Of a stretch of DNA of 64,000 nucleotides, positions 8,905 through 18,494 are shown piece by piece. Within the stretch, counting starts at the first letter, position 1. Every line of letters starts with the position of its first letter. This stretch comes from Gemmatimonadales bacterium (GTDB taxonomy: Bacteria; Gemmatimonadota; Gemmatimonadetes; Gemmatimonadales; GWC2-71-9): positions 1,504,001 through 1,568,000 of the forward strand of contig OZ252244.1 of the NCBI GenBank assembly GCA_965249575.1, given 5' to 3'. The notes beneath the pieces are model-generated. The model made no database searches, was not told where the DNA came from, and worked only from the letters and a program-made list of their open reading frames with translations. A program made the position numbers and the translations under genes.

Positions 8905-11867
8905 CGGAACTGGAACTGCCGGGTTCCGAGACGCGTGTCGTGGGCGAGCGCGGGGCGGCTCACCCAGAAGGGAAACTCTACGCGCACCGGCACATCGATA
9001 TCGCCCAGTCGGAGCCACATCCGAAGGCCCGCACCGCCATCGGTGATCGGCGTCCACGCTCGGCGCTCGAGCGAACGGACCGCGAGCGTGTCCGTCAGCG
9101 CTCCATCGCCAAACAGAACGACGGCCACTCTTCGCAGCGGGCCCGTCAACCGCCTGAACAGGTCACCCTCTAGCTCGAGATTGGCCGCGCCGATCCATCG
9201 CCCACCAAGACCCGGAGCGTAACCTCTCAAATTGGCATTCCCGGGGGAGTGATAGAACACGTCTTTACGAACGAACAGCGCTCCGCGCGACCTGACGAAC
9301 GGGTTCTGTAGCGTCTCGTACGGATCGGCACCGCTGACGGGGATGGCACGCTGGAGGGGTGGATTGCTTGCAGCCAGATAGCCGCCGCCGAACACGCGCG
9401 CCCCGAACGTGAACGCCCCTCGCCGTGCTCGAACGGACAGGCCGAGTGTCGCGCGCCCGAAAGGCTCGACATCGAACCGCTCGTCCAGGCGGGTGCCCCG
9501 TCCGCGGCGGGTGTACGTCACCCCGCCACCGTAGTTGACGCGGAACTTCCAGTGTGTGACGCCCGAGGGCGCGTCCCACTCGGCGAAACGCCCGATCTCC
9601 GCCGTTCCCGCTTTTTCCCAGAGCAACGGATCGAGGTAATCGGTAATTCGCGGCACCACCCACTGCCCTAACCACCCCGTACGCATTACGTCGGTCGACC
9701 ACCACGAGCTCCGGCGCTCCCGCTCCCAACGCACGCCCAGCCCGATCCGGCCCTCCGCAAGCCACCACTCCGCGGACTGGGTGGACCGCGGCCGGTACAA
9801 AAACCTGGGATTCTCCAGTTTGATGTGTACGTCGATGTCGTCTGGGTTCGGCACGTCACCCTCGAAACCCCGGCGTACCCATAGGGTGGCTCGATCGAAT
9901 CGGCCCAGATAGTTCGAGCGCTGGCGAATGCCGGCGACGACGCCCGACGCATCGTTATACCACACCGTCGGCGCCAGCGAGATGACCGGCCGATCCCGTA
10001 GTGCGGGCTCGCGAAAGAACGTGTCGAATCGCCATCTCGCCTTCCCGAAATCGAACAGGCGGCGCTCCCGGTTGTTCATGAAGTTCCAGTCGTGGCTCGT
10101 GACCCGCGGATCAAGGACCAGGGTGCCCGGCTTGGTCTGGCTGCGGAAGGTCACCCGCTCCTTGGCCGCGCGCCCCTCGGCCCGCGCATACACCACAGCA
10201 CCGGTTCTCGTCCGCCCTCTCTCCCCGATCTCGACCGGCATTCGGCCGTCGCCTTTTCGTTCGACCTCGACCGTCGTTTCCCACGTGCCATCGGCCAGTT
10301 GTAGGCGGCGGACTTTGCCGATGCGATAGTCATATAGTGGCGTCCCGTGCAGCCACTGCGCGAAGAACCACTTGAGGTCCATCCGGCTCGCTTCTTCGGC
10401 GACTTCGAGAAGGGCCAGCTCGTTTACGTGCTTGAGCTTCCAGCGACGATAGTACTCGCGTAGGATGCGGCGCATCGCCTCCGGTCCAACGATGTAACGG
10501 AGCTGATGGAAGAACAGCTCACCCTTGGTGTAGATCATCGCGCCGTACGTATTGAAGTCGCGATAGTCTTCGCTCACCAAGCTGACGGGCTGCGACCAGC
10601 CATCGAGGTCCAATCCGAGAACGAACCGCTCCTGTGCCGCGTATCCGTCGAATCCGGGTGCATGCTCCTCGAAGTACCACGAGGTTTGGAAGCTGGTGAA
10701 CCCTTCGTCGAGAAACCCTTCCCGCCACTCATTGTTCGCTAGGGCACCCATGAGGTAGTTGTGGCCAACCTCGTGCAGAATCAAGCCAAGTCCCGGCCCC
10801 CCATTCATGACCATCATGGGGAACTCGGTACCGCCTCCTTCGATTCGGTGCACGACCGTGATCTGCGGCCACGGGAACGGACCGAACAGAGTGTCGAGCC
10901 ACCGCAGGGCTTCAACCGTGCGACCCACCACGCGTCCGTTCCCCCAAGAAACCCGATCGTCGGGCAGATACAGGACGCGGACAACCACGTCGTTATACCG
11001 GCCCTCCTCGTAGATGTAGACAGGGTTGAGTGACATCGCGAAGTGGTGGACGTTTTCGGCGTAGAATCGTACGCATTTGCGTCCCGGACCTGATGTCACT
11101 TGGGCCCCACAGCCGGCCGCCAGGCGCACCGGATAGGTGTCGCGCTCATAATCGACTCTCAGGTCCGGGCTCGCCGACGCGGCTGCCCATCCCGGATCCC
11201 CTTCGATCGGGACTCCGGTCGCGCCGATTACTTGGTCTTCCGCCATGTCGAGCACGATGTCGTACGTGGCGAACTCCCCATAGAACTCGCCCGCGGGGTA
11301 CAGGGGATGCGCCTGCCATCCTTGACGGTCGTACACCGCCACCCGTGGGTACCAGTGGGCAAAGTCGAGACGCCGTCCGCGCCGCCCTTGGCGCCTCGGA
11401 ACCGTGCTGGGGCGCGACTGCCACACGAGGCGGATCTCGGCCGTGTCGCCCGGGAGCAGCGGGCTCGGCAGTCCGAACCCGGCCACGGTCGAGTCCGGTG
11501 CGTAAGGAAAGAATGGAAACACCAACGTTCCGTTGATGCTCGCCCGGCCGACGCGCTCGTACCCGTATTCCAGGTTCGCCAGCCGGTCGAAGCGGTGCCG
11601 ACCCTCCTGCGCGTCGCGCGCGGCCCAGCGCGATCCGGGCCGGAAGGCGTTCAGGTGAAGATGGAAGAAGATCGACCGCAGGGTGTCGGGGGAGTGATTG
11701 ACGTAGTAGATCACCCCACGCCCGGTGACCGTCCCCGTCGGATCGTCGATCGTCGCACTCAACTCATAGCGTACGCCCTGATGCCAGGCGCGGGACGTAT
11801 CGGGTACCGCGGGGAGTCCCGACGCGACGGAAACCGGCCCGATGATGAGCGCTAGGATGCTTGGCAC
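8874..11867 (-). CDS. M1-family Zn aminopeptidase with long C-terminal beta-rich (putative outer-membrane barrel) region
   Basis: Signal-like N-terminus; GGTEFP (GAMEN variant); HEVGH-18-E (FLDEG); YTKG; C-terminal LRGY and terminal Phe. Confidence 0.9.
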   Translation of the reverse strand: MPSILALIIGPVSVASGLPAVPDTSRAWHQGVRYELSATIDDPTGTVTGRGVIYYVNHSPDTLRSIFFHLHLNAFRPGSRWAARDAQEGRHRFDRLANLEYGYERVGRASINGTLVFPFFPYAPDSTVAGFGLPSPLLPGDTAEIRLVWQSRPSTVPRRQGRRGRRLDFAHWYPRVAVYDRQGWQAHPLYPAGEFYGEFATYDIVLDMAEDQVIGATGVPIEGDPGWAAASASPDLRVDYERDTYPVRLAAGCGAQVTSGPGRKCVRFYAENVHHFAMSLNPVYIYEEGRYNDVVVRVLYLPDDRVSWGNGRVVGRTVEALRWLDTLFGPFPWPQITVVHRIEGGGTEFPMMVMNGGPGLGLILHEVGHNYLMGALANNEWREGFLDEGFTSFQTSWYFEEHAPGFDGYAAQERFVLGLDLDGWSQPVSLVSEDYRDFNTYGAMIYTKGELFFHQLRYIVGPEAMRRILREYYRRWKLKHVNELALLEVAEEASRMDLKWFFAQWLHGTPLYDYRIGKVRRLQLADGTWETTVEVERKGDGRMPVEIGERGRTRTGAVVYARAEGRAAKERVTFRSQTKPGTLVLDPRVTSHDWNFMNNRERRLFDFGKARWRFDTFFREPALRDRPVISLAPTVWYNDASGVVAGIRQRSNYLGRFDRATLWVRRGFEGDVPNPDDIDVHIKLENPRFLYRPRSTQSAEWWLAEGRIGLGVRWERERRSSWWSTDVMRTGWLGQWVVPRITDYLDPLLWEKAGTAEIGRFAEWDAPSGVTHWKFRVNYGGGVTYTRRGRGTRLDERFDVEPFGRATLGLSVRARRGAFTFGARVFGGGYLAASNPPLQRAIPVSGADPYETLQNPFVRSRGALFVRKDVFYHSPGNANLRGYAPGLGGRWIGAANLELEGDLFRRLTGPLRRVAVVLFGDGALTDTLAVRSLERRAWTPITDGGAGLRMWLRLGDIDVPVRVEFPFWVSRPALAHDTRLGTRQFQFRWLASFEPTF

Positions 11868-11870
11868 AGG

Positions 11871-13958
11871 TTAGGTCGCCGCCCCGGCCTCCGAGCGCAT
11901 CTGATCGAGCACATCGAACATTTCCTCGGCGGACTGCCACCGCTCTTCTCGCCGTTTTGCAAGGGCCTTGAGGATGAGGTCGGCGAGCTCGGGCGGGAGG
12001 TCCGGACGAGCGACACGGGGATCCTCGGGTGGCTCCTCGACGTGCTTGAACATGAGCGCGGGGATCGTTGGAGCGCTGAACGGGGTGTGTCCGGTCACGC
12101 ATTCATAGAGCACTGCCCCGGTCGCATACAGGTCGGCGCGGGTATCGAGCTCTTCCCCCATCAACTGTTCCGGAGCCATGTATTCCGGCGTGCCGATGGC
12201 GGCTCCGGCGGCGGTGAGACCCTCCTGACCCGGTTGCTTCGCTTCCGCAAGACGAGCGATTCCGAAATCCATGACCTTGATGAAGCCACCGGGATCGACC
12301 ACGATGTTCTGGGGCTTCACGTCGCGGTGAATGATGCCTTGCTCGTGCGCAACCTCGAGCGCCCGGCACAACTGCTTCCCGACCGTCACGGCCACCCGCA
12401 GCGGCAAAGAGCCGCGCTTCTTGATCAGGTCTTTGAGATTTACGCCCTCGACGAATTCCATGGTGATGTAGTGCATACCGGCGACTTCACCAAGGTCGTG
12501 GGTTCGCACGACGTTCCGGTGGGTGATACGGCGGGCCAAGCGAATCTCCTGCTTGAACCGCTCCAGGCTCGACTTATCGGTTGCGAGGGCTTCCGGCCTG
12601 AGGGTCTTGATAGCGACTACCTCGTCGAGTTGGCGGTCGTGGGCGCGGTACACGACCCCCATCCCGCCGATGCCGAGCGTCTTCTTGATCTCGTACCGAT
12701 TGGCGAGCGTCATGCCGGGTGTCAGCATGCCAGTGCGCCCGGCCTCCGTGAGCACCCTCGTCGCCTCGGCGTCGCCGGAAGTGAGCTGGGCCGCTTGCTC
12801 GGCGGTTAGCGCCATCGTCTTGCCAGCTCCGCTCAAGTACTCCACCAGGTTCTGCTTGTCCTTCAATTCCTGCACCATCTGCTTGAAGGCCGTCGCCAAC
12901 TGCCCGATCTCGTCTCGCGACCCGATACTGATTTCCGCTGAATACTGACCCTCGCCGACCCGCCGCGTCGCAGCCACGAGTTGCCGTACGGGCCGGGTGA
13001 TTTGGCGCGCCACCAGACCGGACGACACGATTGCGAGCGCGAGGCCGGCGATGAAGACGAGCCGAATGGTCTCGCTCAACTCCGTGAACGCCGCCAGCTC
13101 GGCATCCCGCGAACGCAGCCCGACAAAACCACCCACCGTGACGCCCGACGCCGTCGACAGTGGTCCGACGACCCCGACCAGGTCTTCGCTGTCCACCGAC
13201 CACCGAACGCTCGCACCGGACTCGAGTCCGCCCAGCACGCTGTCGATGCTCGGCTCCTGCCCCATGGCCGCGACCAGTGAGCCCTTTGGAATGGTCCCGA
13301 CGCCAACGGCGGGCAGGCCCAGTGTGTCGAGAACGACGAAGACGACGTCGGAATTTGTATGCCGCTTGAGTTCCCCAGCGAAGTTGCTGTCGATCGGAAC
13401 GGCGGCGACCAGGATCCCATAGAGGGCCGTCCGGCCGGGGCTGAGAATCGGCACCCCCACTGCCTGATACAGCACGTCACCGTCCGGACCCCCTTCGATC
13501 CAGATCCCCTCGGTTTCCTCCCCACCCAATGCGATGCCGATGAGGGATCCCTGGGAGAAATCCTCGTCAAACACGTCGATCTGGTCGGTTCGGGCCTTCA
13601 ATACGCCGATATTATCAATGATGAGCGCCCACTCTGCCCCCGTCTGCGCCCGAAACTCATCCGCCTGGTCGAGGAGATTGGCGCGGTTGCCGGACCGGAG
13701 CGCCTCGCCGATCCGCGACACGTACGTCGGCACCCTGGCGAGCCCTGCGGCGAGCTGGCGCAGCGCGAGGCTGCGGCTGGCGAGCGCGTCCTCGATGGAT
13801 GCCTGCGTCGCCGCCAGCGCTCGGGCAATGGAATCGTCCGCTACGCGGTCGGCGCGCCGTTTGGTGAGCAGCAGTGCACCACCGAGAACGGCCACGACGA
13901 CCAGCGCCGTGGCCAGAAAGATTTTTACACCGAGGCCGGACAGACGGAGCCGACTAAT
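11871..13958 (-). CDS. Membrane Ser/Thr (Hanks) protein kinase: TM - periplasmic Cache-like sensor - TM - HAMP - kinase (start codon uncertain)
   Basis: Two TM segments; HAMP ITRPVRQL...DEIGQLATAFKQM; LGIGGMGVVY, VAIK, HRDVKPQN, DFGIA, GTPEYMAPE. Confidence 0.92.
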   Translation of the reverse strand: MSRLRLSGLGVKIFLATALVVVAVLGGALLLTKRRADRVADDSIARALAATQASIEDALASRSLALRQLAAGLARVPTYVSRIGEALRSGNRANLLDQADEFRAQTGAEWALIIDNIGVLKARTDQIDVFDEDFSQGSLIGIALGGEETEGIWIEGGPDGDVLYQAVGVPILSPGRTALYGILVAAVPIDSNFAGELKRHTNSDVVFVVLDTLGLPAVGVGTIPKGSLVAAMGQEPSIDSVLGGLESGASVRWSVDSEDLVGVVGPLSTASGVTVGGFVGLRSRDAELAAFTELSETIRLVFIAGLALAIVSSGLVARQITRPVRQLVAATRRVGEGQYSAEISIGSRDEIGQLATAFKQMVQELKDKQNLVEYLSGAGKTMALTAEQAAQLTSGDAEATRVLTEAGRTGMLTPGMTLANRYEIKKTLGIGGMGVVYRAHDRQLDEVVAIKTLRPEALATDKSSLERFKQEIRLARRITHRNVVRTHDLGEVAGMHYITMEFVEGVNLKDLIKKRGSLPLRVAVTVGKQLCRALEVAHEQGIIHRDVKPQNIVVDPGGFIKVMDFGIARLAEAKQPGQEGLTAAGAAIGTPEYMAPEQLMGEELDTRADLYATGAVLYECVTGHTPFSAPTIPALMFKHVEEPPEDPRVARPDLPPELADLILKALAKRREERWQSAEEMFDVLDQMRSEAGAAT

Positions 13959-14631
13959 AGCGAGCGCCCCTTCTCGAGTACGGCTGTCCGAATTTGTTGA
14001 GGTGCTGGACGAACTTGTACCCTCGCGCGTCCAGCTCGAGAGTGACGGGGGCCTCGCCCCGACCCCGAACCCGGATGTCCCGCGACACGGCCCGCGCTCG
14101 CTCGTGCCAGGCATGCAGCACGTAGCGGCCGGGCGGAACGTTAGACATCCTGAACGTGCCGTCCGCGTCCGGGCGGGTGAAATGCGGATTGTCCCGCACG
14201 AGCACGTACGCGGACATCTTCGCGTGGACGTTGCAGTACACCCGCACGATCCCGGGCCGACTGAACGTAAACGACCGCGACTTCCCCCGGGGATAGAGTC
14301 CGAGATCGAACGACGCTTCCTCCGACAGAGAAAACACGTTGTGATTGAAGGGATCTTTGTTGGGGAAGGAAATCGTAGATCCGGCGGTTATGACGGTCAC
14401 CTGCGGACGGAACTGCTTCCGCTCCGTGAGCACCTCCACCGTGTCGATTTCGAGGGCCGTGTCCGGACGCGACTCGAGCCATACAACGGCCTCGCCGACG
14501 TCTTTGGCCGACCGGTTGCCACGCTCGAGCACCGTCACCCGGCCGGTAACCTCCACGGCCTCCTGCCGTGGCGGGCCGAACAGGAGTCCCGCCAGTGCGA
14601 CGGACATCACAGCGTGGCTTCGAGGCGTCAT
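13954..14631 (-). CDS. Periplasmic cupredoxin (type-1 Cu site) + carboxypeptidase-regulatory-like beta-sandwich
   Basis: Signal-like N-terminus; FPNKDPFNHNVFS, FDLGLY, YCNVHAKM, GTFRMSNVPPGRY. Confidence 0.85.
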   Translation of the reverse strand: MTPRSHAVMSVALAGLLFGPPRQEAVEVTGRVTVLERGNRSAKDVGEAVVWLESRPDTALEIDTVEVLTERKQFRPQVTVITAGSTISFPNKDPFNHNVFSLSEEASFDLGLYPRGKSRSFTFSRPGIVRVYCNVHAKMSAYVLVRDNPHFTRPDADGTFRMSNVPPGRYVLHAWHERARAVSRDIRVRGRGEAPVTLELDARGYKFVQHLNKFGQPYSRRGARY

Positions 14632-14727
14632 CGCAATTACCCTGTGCAGTAGCCGAGCCAAATTGGGAATGGCTATCAATCGCAAGCTTACCCGGGCCTG
14701 AGCGGCCCGTCAACACGGGAGCGAATC

Positions 14728-15994
14728 ATGAGGAATCATCTGTGGGCCGGGGTTGCCTGGGCCTTGCTTCTCGCCGGCCCGGCTGGGGCTCAGGAAGCCG
14801 TGGACACGGCCATTGTGCGCCGCCTCGAGCAGGCTGAGCGCATGATCGAGCTCCTCCAAGGCCAGATCGCGGACCAGGCAGTCGCGAGGGTAGAGCCTCG
14901 TTCGCGCAACCTGGTCGAGTTGGGAGGCACGGTCCTGCCAAACGGGTTTTACAACAACGCCAAAGTGAACTACAGCGATAGCCCGAGTTACGTGTCTGCA
15001 CCGGACCCCGCCGGCGGGCTTCCCGCAAGCGCGTTCGGGGGATCTGCGCGGCAAAGCCGCATCACGCTCACCGCGTTCGCCCCGGACGTGCTGGGCGGAT
15101 CCTTCAGTGGAGAGATCGACGTCGATTTTGCGGGAGGCCACCTGAAGTTCGGGCGGCTGTTTCCCCTCCTCCACCTCCGGCGCACGCGCGCGGAGCTGGC
15201 ATGGCCCAACGCGTACGTAATGGTGGGCCAGGAGGCCCCCCCGATATCGGAGATCAACCCCTCCACCCTCGCGGCCATCGCGTTGCCCGGGTTCACGGCT
15301 TCTGGGAACCTCTGGTTCTGGATTCCGCAAATCCGCGTCGGCGTCGCGGCCGGTGAGGCTATCCGCATTGGGCTCGAAGCGACGGCGCTCTCACCCGTAT
15401 CGAACGACGTCATGAGCGGAACCTTCGAGCCGACGCCGGATCGAGCTGAACGCAGCCGCCGGCCCTATTTGCAGGGCAGGGTCATCACCCGCTGGGACCA
15501 ACCGAACACCACCGGTGAATTCAGCGTGGGAGCGCACTTATGGATGGCTCGCGACCGCGTTCGACTCGCTGATCGTTTCCAGGGCGGCGGCGGCCACCAC
15601 GCGCTTCTCGGTCACGCCATACGTCGAGGTCAGGGGCGAGGCCTTCATTGGTGAGGCACTGGCCGGTCTCGGCGGGGGGGGTATCGGCCAGAACCTCGGG
15701 ATCGGCGAAACACCCGTGCGAACGAAGGGCGGCTGGGCTCAGCTCAACCTCAAACCGGCACCCGAGTGGGAGTTCGGAGGCGGCTACGGACAGGACGATC
15801 CCGACGACAGGGATCTCGATCCGGTGGCCGGGAATATTCTACTCAAGAACGTGACTTACGAAGGGCACATTCACTGGAAACCGTTGCCGATAGTGGTAGG
15901 CGTCGAGTTCCGGCGCATCGAGACGACATACGGAGCCCCGATGCGGGTGTTGAGCGTGAATCACGTCAACTTCGCGACCGGTTTCGAATTCTAG
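14728..15994 (+). CDS. Putative outer-membrane porin (DcaP-like: signal peptide, coiled coil, barrel), +1 frameshift at ~15538
   Basis: Signal ending AGA-Q; coiled coil RRLEQAERMIELLQGQIADQ; ARQSRI, GEIDVDF, GGWAQL; ends GFEF. Two ORFs join as GAHYGWL after removing one T. Confidence 0.75.
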
Positions 15995-16009
15995 GAGACC
16001 TCTACGCCC

Positions 16010-16345
16010 AGCCGATCCAGTCACGCGTTGCCGTCCCGTGCCGGCACCATCATCTTCCCGATGTTCGATCCGGGACGGCCCTTACCACGAGGGTGTGCAA
16101 CTGAGAGAGACTGCGGAAGGCGCCTGGCTTCGATACTCGATCGTTGAGGGGTGGAGGATCGCGCACTTCGAGCGCGCCGTGCGCCGGGTCCCTACTCGTA
16201 CAGGCAACGATGCAATTCGGAGTGGGCGGGATTGTACGAGCTGACACCGGACGACCAGCCCATTCTCGGCCGCCTGCCGCACGCCGAGGGCGCGATTGCC
16301 TGCATGGGTTTTCGCGGCCACGGATTTCAGCAGGGCCTGGCTTGC
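16010..16345 (+). pseudogene. Degraded remnant of a DAO/sarcosine-oxidase-beta family FAD oxidoreductase
   Basis: WAGLYELTPDDQPILG...GFRGHGFQQ in one frame; HFERAVRRVP in another; no start and no FAD-binding N-terminus. Confidence 0.7.
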
Positions 16346-16400
16346 GTTTCGAGACCGGAGCCGACGTCGCGGAGTACAATGTCGTATAGAAGGCGTCTCG

Positions 16401-17636
16401 GTGCCTGACGACGACCTGCAGACACAGCCGGCATCGAGGGCGTCCCTCCGGCGCACGTACCTCAGCGCGCTCGGCATCTTGGGCCTACTGACGTTCGCCG
16501 CGTATCTGCTCCTCCGTGAGATCCTCGAGACCGAGCAGACGAGCGCAGTCGCCATCGAGGTCAGCGAGCGGCAGCGCGCGCTGGTACTCGAGTCGGCCCT
16601 GTTAGCCCACGCGGTGGTCGACGCGCCCGACTCGGTCTCCCGCATGAACCCGCACCGGGAGCTGGTCGAGCTCCGGTCCCAAATGCGCCAGAACCACGCC
16701 CGTCTCACCGACGACAGCCGCAACGGACGTGTCGGTGGAGCGGTCCCGGCGGAGGTCCGTGGTCTGTTGTTCGGACCGGGGAACGGGGACGACCGTTTCC
16801 GAGACTACGCGAGCGCCATTTCCGACCTGATCGATATCTCGCTGGACCGACCGCATTCGCCGAACGGGTGGCCGACCCGTCCCGATCGAGTGGCCTTGGC
16901 CGCGAGCGAGCCACTGCTAGGGATCTTGGACTCGCTCGTCGCGCGGTACGAACAGGAAAACCGCCGGGATGAAGCGCGCCTTGGCACGCTCGCCATCGGT
17001 GTGCTCGTAGCCACCCTCGCGGCGCTGGCACTGGTCGCGGTCGTCATCTTCGAGCCGATGGTTCGCAGCATACAGACGAGCACGAGGCTGCTCGAGCAAG
17101 CGAACTCCGAGCTGCAGCGCCTCTCGTCTCTCGACGGACTCACCGGACTGCCGAACCGGCGCCTGTTCGATGAGCGCTACGCCACGGAGTGGCGCAGAAG
17201 CCAGCGTGAGAGCAAACAGCTCTCGGTCATCATGTTGGACATCGATTCGTTCAAGCGCTACAACGACGAGCACGGCCACCTCGCCGGGGACGACTGCTTG
17301 CGCAGCGTGGCCAATGTGCTCGCAGAGGCCATCAGGCGCCCCGCCGACTTCGTCGCCCGGTACGGGGGTGAGGAGTTCGTCGTCGTCCTTCCCGACACAG
17401 GGTCTGACGGAGCCGCCGGCGTCGCCGAGAGCCTGCGCGCCCGGATCGAGCAGCTCGACCACCAGTCGTGCGACCTCGAGGCCGACGTGACCATCAGCGC
17501 AGGGGTCGCGACCACCACACCCGACGCGTCCGCCGTCCCCGACGGTTTGGTCGCGGCAGCCGACGACGCGCTCTACCGTGCCAAGCGGGGTGGCCGCAAC
17601 CGAGTCGAGATAGCCGAGCCCCGGCACGCCGCCTGA
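16401..17636 (+). CDS. Membrane diguanylate cyclase with PilJ/NarX-like periplasmic domain
   Basis: Two TMs; DGLTGLPNRR, DIDSFKRYND, GHLAGD, RPAD I-site, YGGEEF, ADDALYRAK..GRN. Confidence 0.92.
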   Translation: MPDDDLQTQPASRASLRRTYLSALGILGLLTFAAYLLLREILETEQTSAVAIEVSERQRALVLESALLAHAVVDAPDSVSRMNPHRELVELRSQMRQNHARLTDDSRNGRVGGAVPAEVRGLLFGPGNGDDRFRDYASAISDLIDISLDRPHSPNGWPTRPDRVALAASEPLLGILDSLVARYEQENRRDEARLGTLAIGVLVATLAALALVAVVIFEPMVRSIQTSTRLLEQANSELQRLSSLDGLTGLPNRRLFDERYATEWRRSQRESKQLSVIMLDIDSFKRYNDEHGHLAGDDCLRSVANVLAEAIRRPADFVARYGGEEFVVVLPDTGSDGAAGVAESLRARIEQLDHQSCDLEADVTISAGVATTTPDASAVPDGLVAAADDALYRAKRGGRNRVEIAEPRHAA

Positions 17637-17690
17637 CCAACCCAGCGGGCAGCGCCGCTTACCCGCACCAACTGTGTATCTTGTCTCCCC

Positions 17691-18494
17691 ATGCTTACGA
17701 CGGGCCTCGCGCTCCTCCTGCAGTTGCAGGTTCCCAGTCCGGTCGGCTTTGTGAACGACTTCGCCGGCATCCTCGACGCGTCGTCGGCCTCGACGATGGG
17801 CGCCCTCATCGACGAGGTTCGCGCGAAATCGGGGGGTGAAATCGTCGTGGTGACGCTGAGTGACCTCAGCGGCCGTGACCGCGCCCAGGTCGCTCGGGAC
17901 ATTGGAAGGCAGTGGGGGGTCGGAGCCACCGGTGGCCCCGGGGACAGCGCTCGGAATGCCGGTGTCATTCTCCTTCTGAAGCCGGGGGAGCGCCCGGGGG
18001 ACGGCGGCGCAGAGATCTTCATCGCCACAGGTCTCGGGTCTGAAGGGTTCGTCACCGACGCCCGGGCCGGACGCATCCGCGACGCGATCGGCCGCGCTTC
18101 GGTCGAGACCGGCAGTTACGCGGCCGGGCTGGTCGTGGGCGTGCAACTGCTCGCACAGGCGTTCGCCGACGAGTTCGGATTCGCTTTGGCCGGCGGGCCT
18201 CCGCCGGCACAGGCACCGGAGTCTCCGCAGCGGGGGTTCCCGGTCCGCATCATCTGGCTGCTGTTCGTCCTCCTCATTCTGTTGGGAGGCTTCGGCGGCG
18301 GTGGGCGCGGCCGCGGTCGCCGGTCTCGCGGAGGCGTGGGTCAGGCTATCCTGCTCGGTATGCTGCTCGGCGGCCGGGGAGGTCACGGCGGAGGATTCGG
18401 CGGCTGGGGTGGCGGCAGCTTCGGGGGCGGCGGCTTCGGGGGGTTCGGGGGCGGGGGCGGATTCGGTGGGGGCGGCGCTGGAGGCAGATTCTGA
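17691..18494 (+). CDS. TPM-domain (YgcG-like) membrane protein with Gly-rich tail
   Basis: GFVNDFAGILD, EIVVVT, WGVG, IATGLGSEG, GGGGFGGGGAGGRF. Confidence 0.9.
   Translation: MLTTGLALLLQLQVPSPVGFVNDFAGILDASSASTMGALIDEVRAKSGGEIVVVTLSDLSGRDRAQVARDIGRQWGVGATGGPGDSARNAGVILLLKPGERPGDGGAEIFIATGLGSEGFVTDARAGRIRDAIGRASVETGSYAAGLVVGVQLLAQAFADEFGFALAGGPPPAQAPESPQRGFPVRIIWLLFVLLILLGGFGGGGRGRGRRSRGGVGQAILLGMLLGGRGGHGGGFGGWGGGSFGGGGFGGFGGGGGFGGGGAGGRF

Noticed and set aside
16917..18386. 489-aa antisense ORF, and other long antisense ORFs such as 61466-63358, 13534-14652 and 55144-56247
   Set aside because: Expected in high-GC DNA opposite well-supported genes; no RBS or domain evidence.
18290..18494. 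GGC-rich repeats
   Set aside because: They encode the normal Gly-rich tail of TPM proteins.
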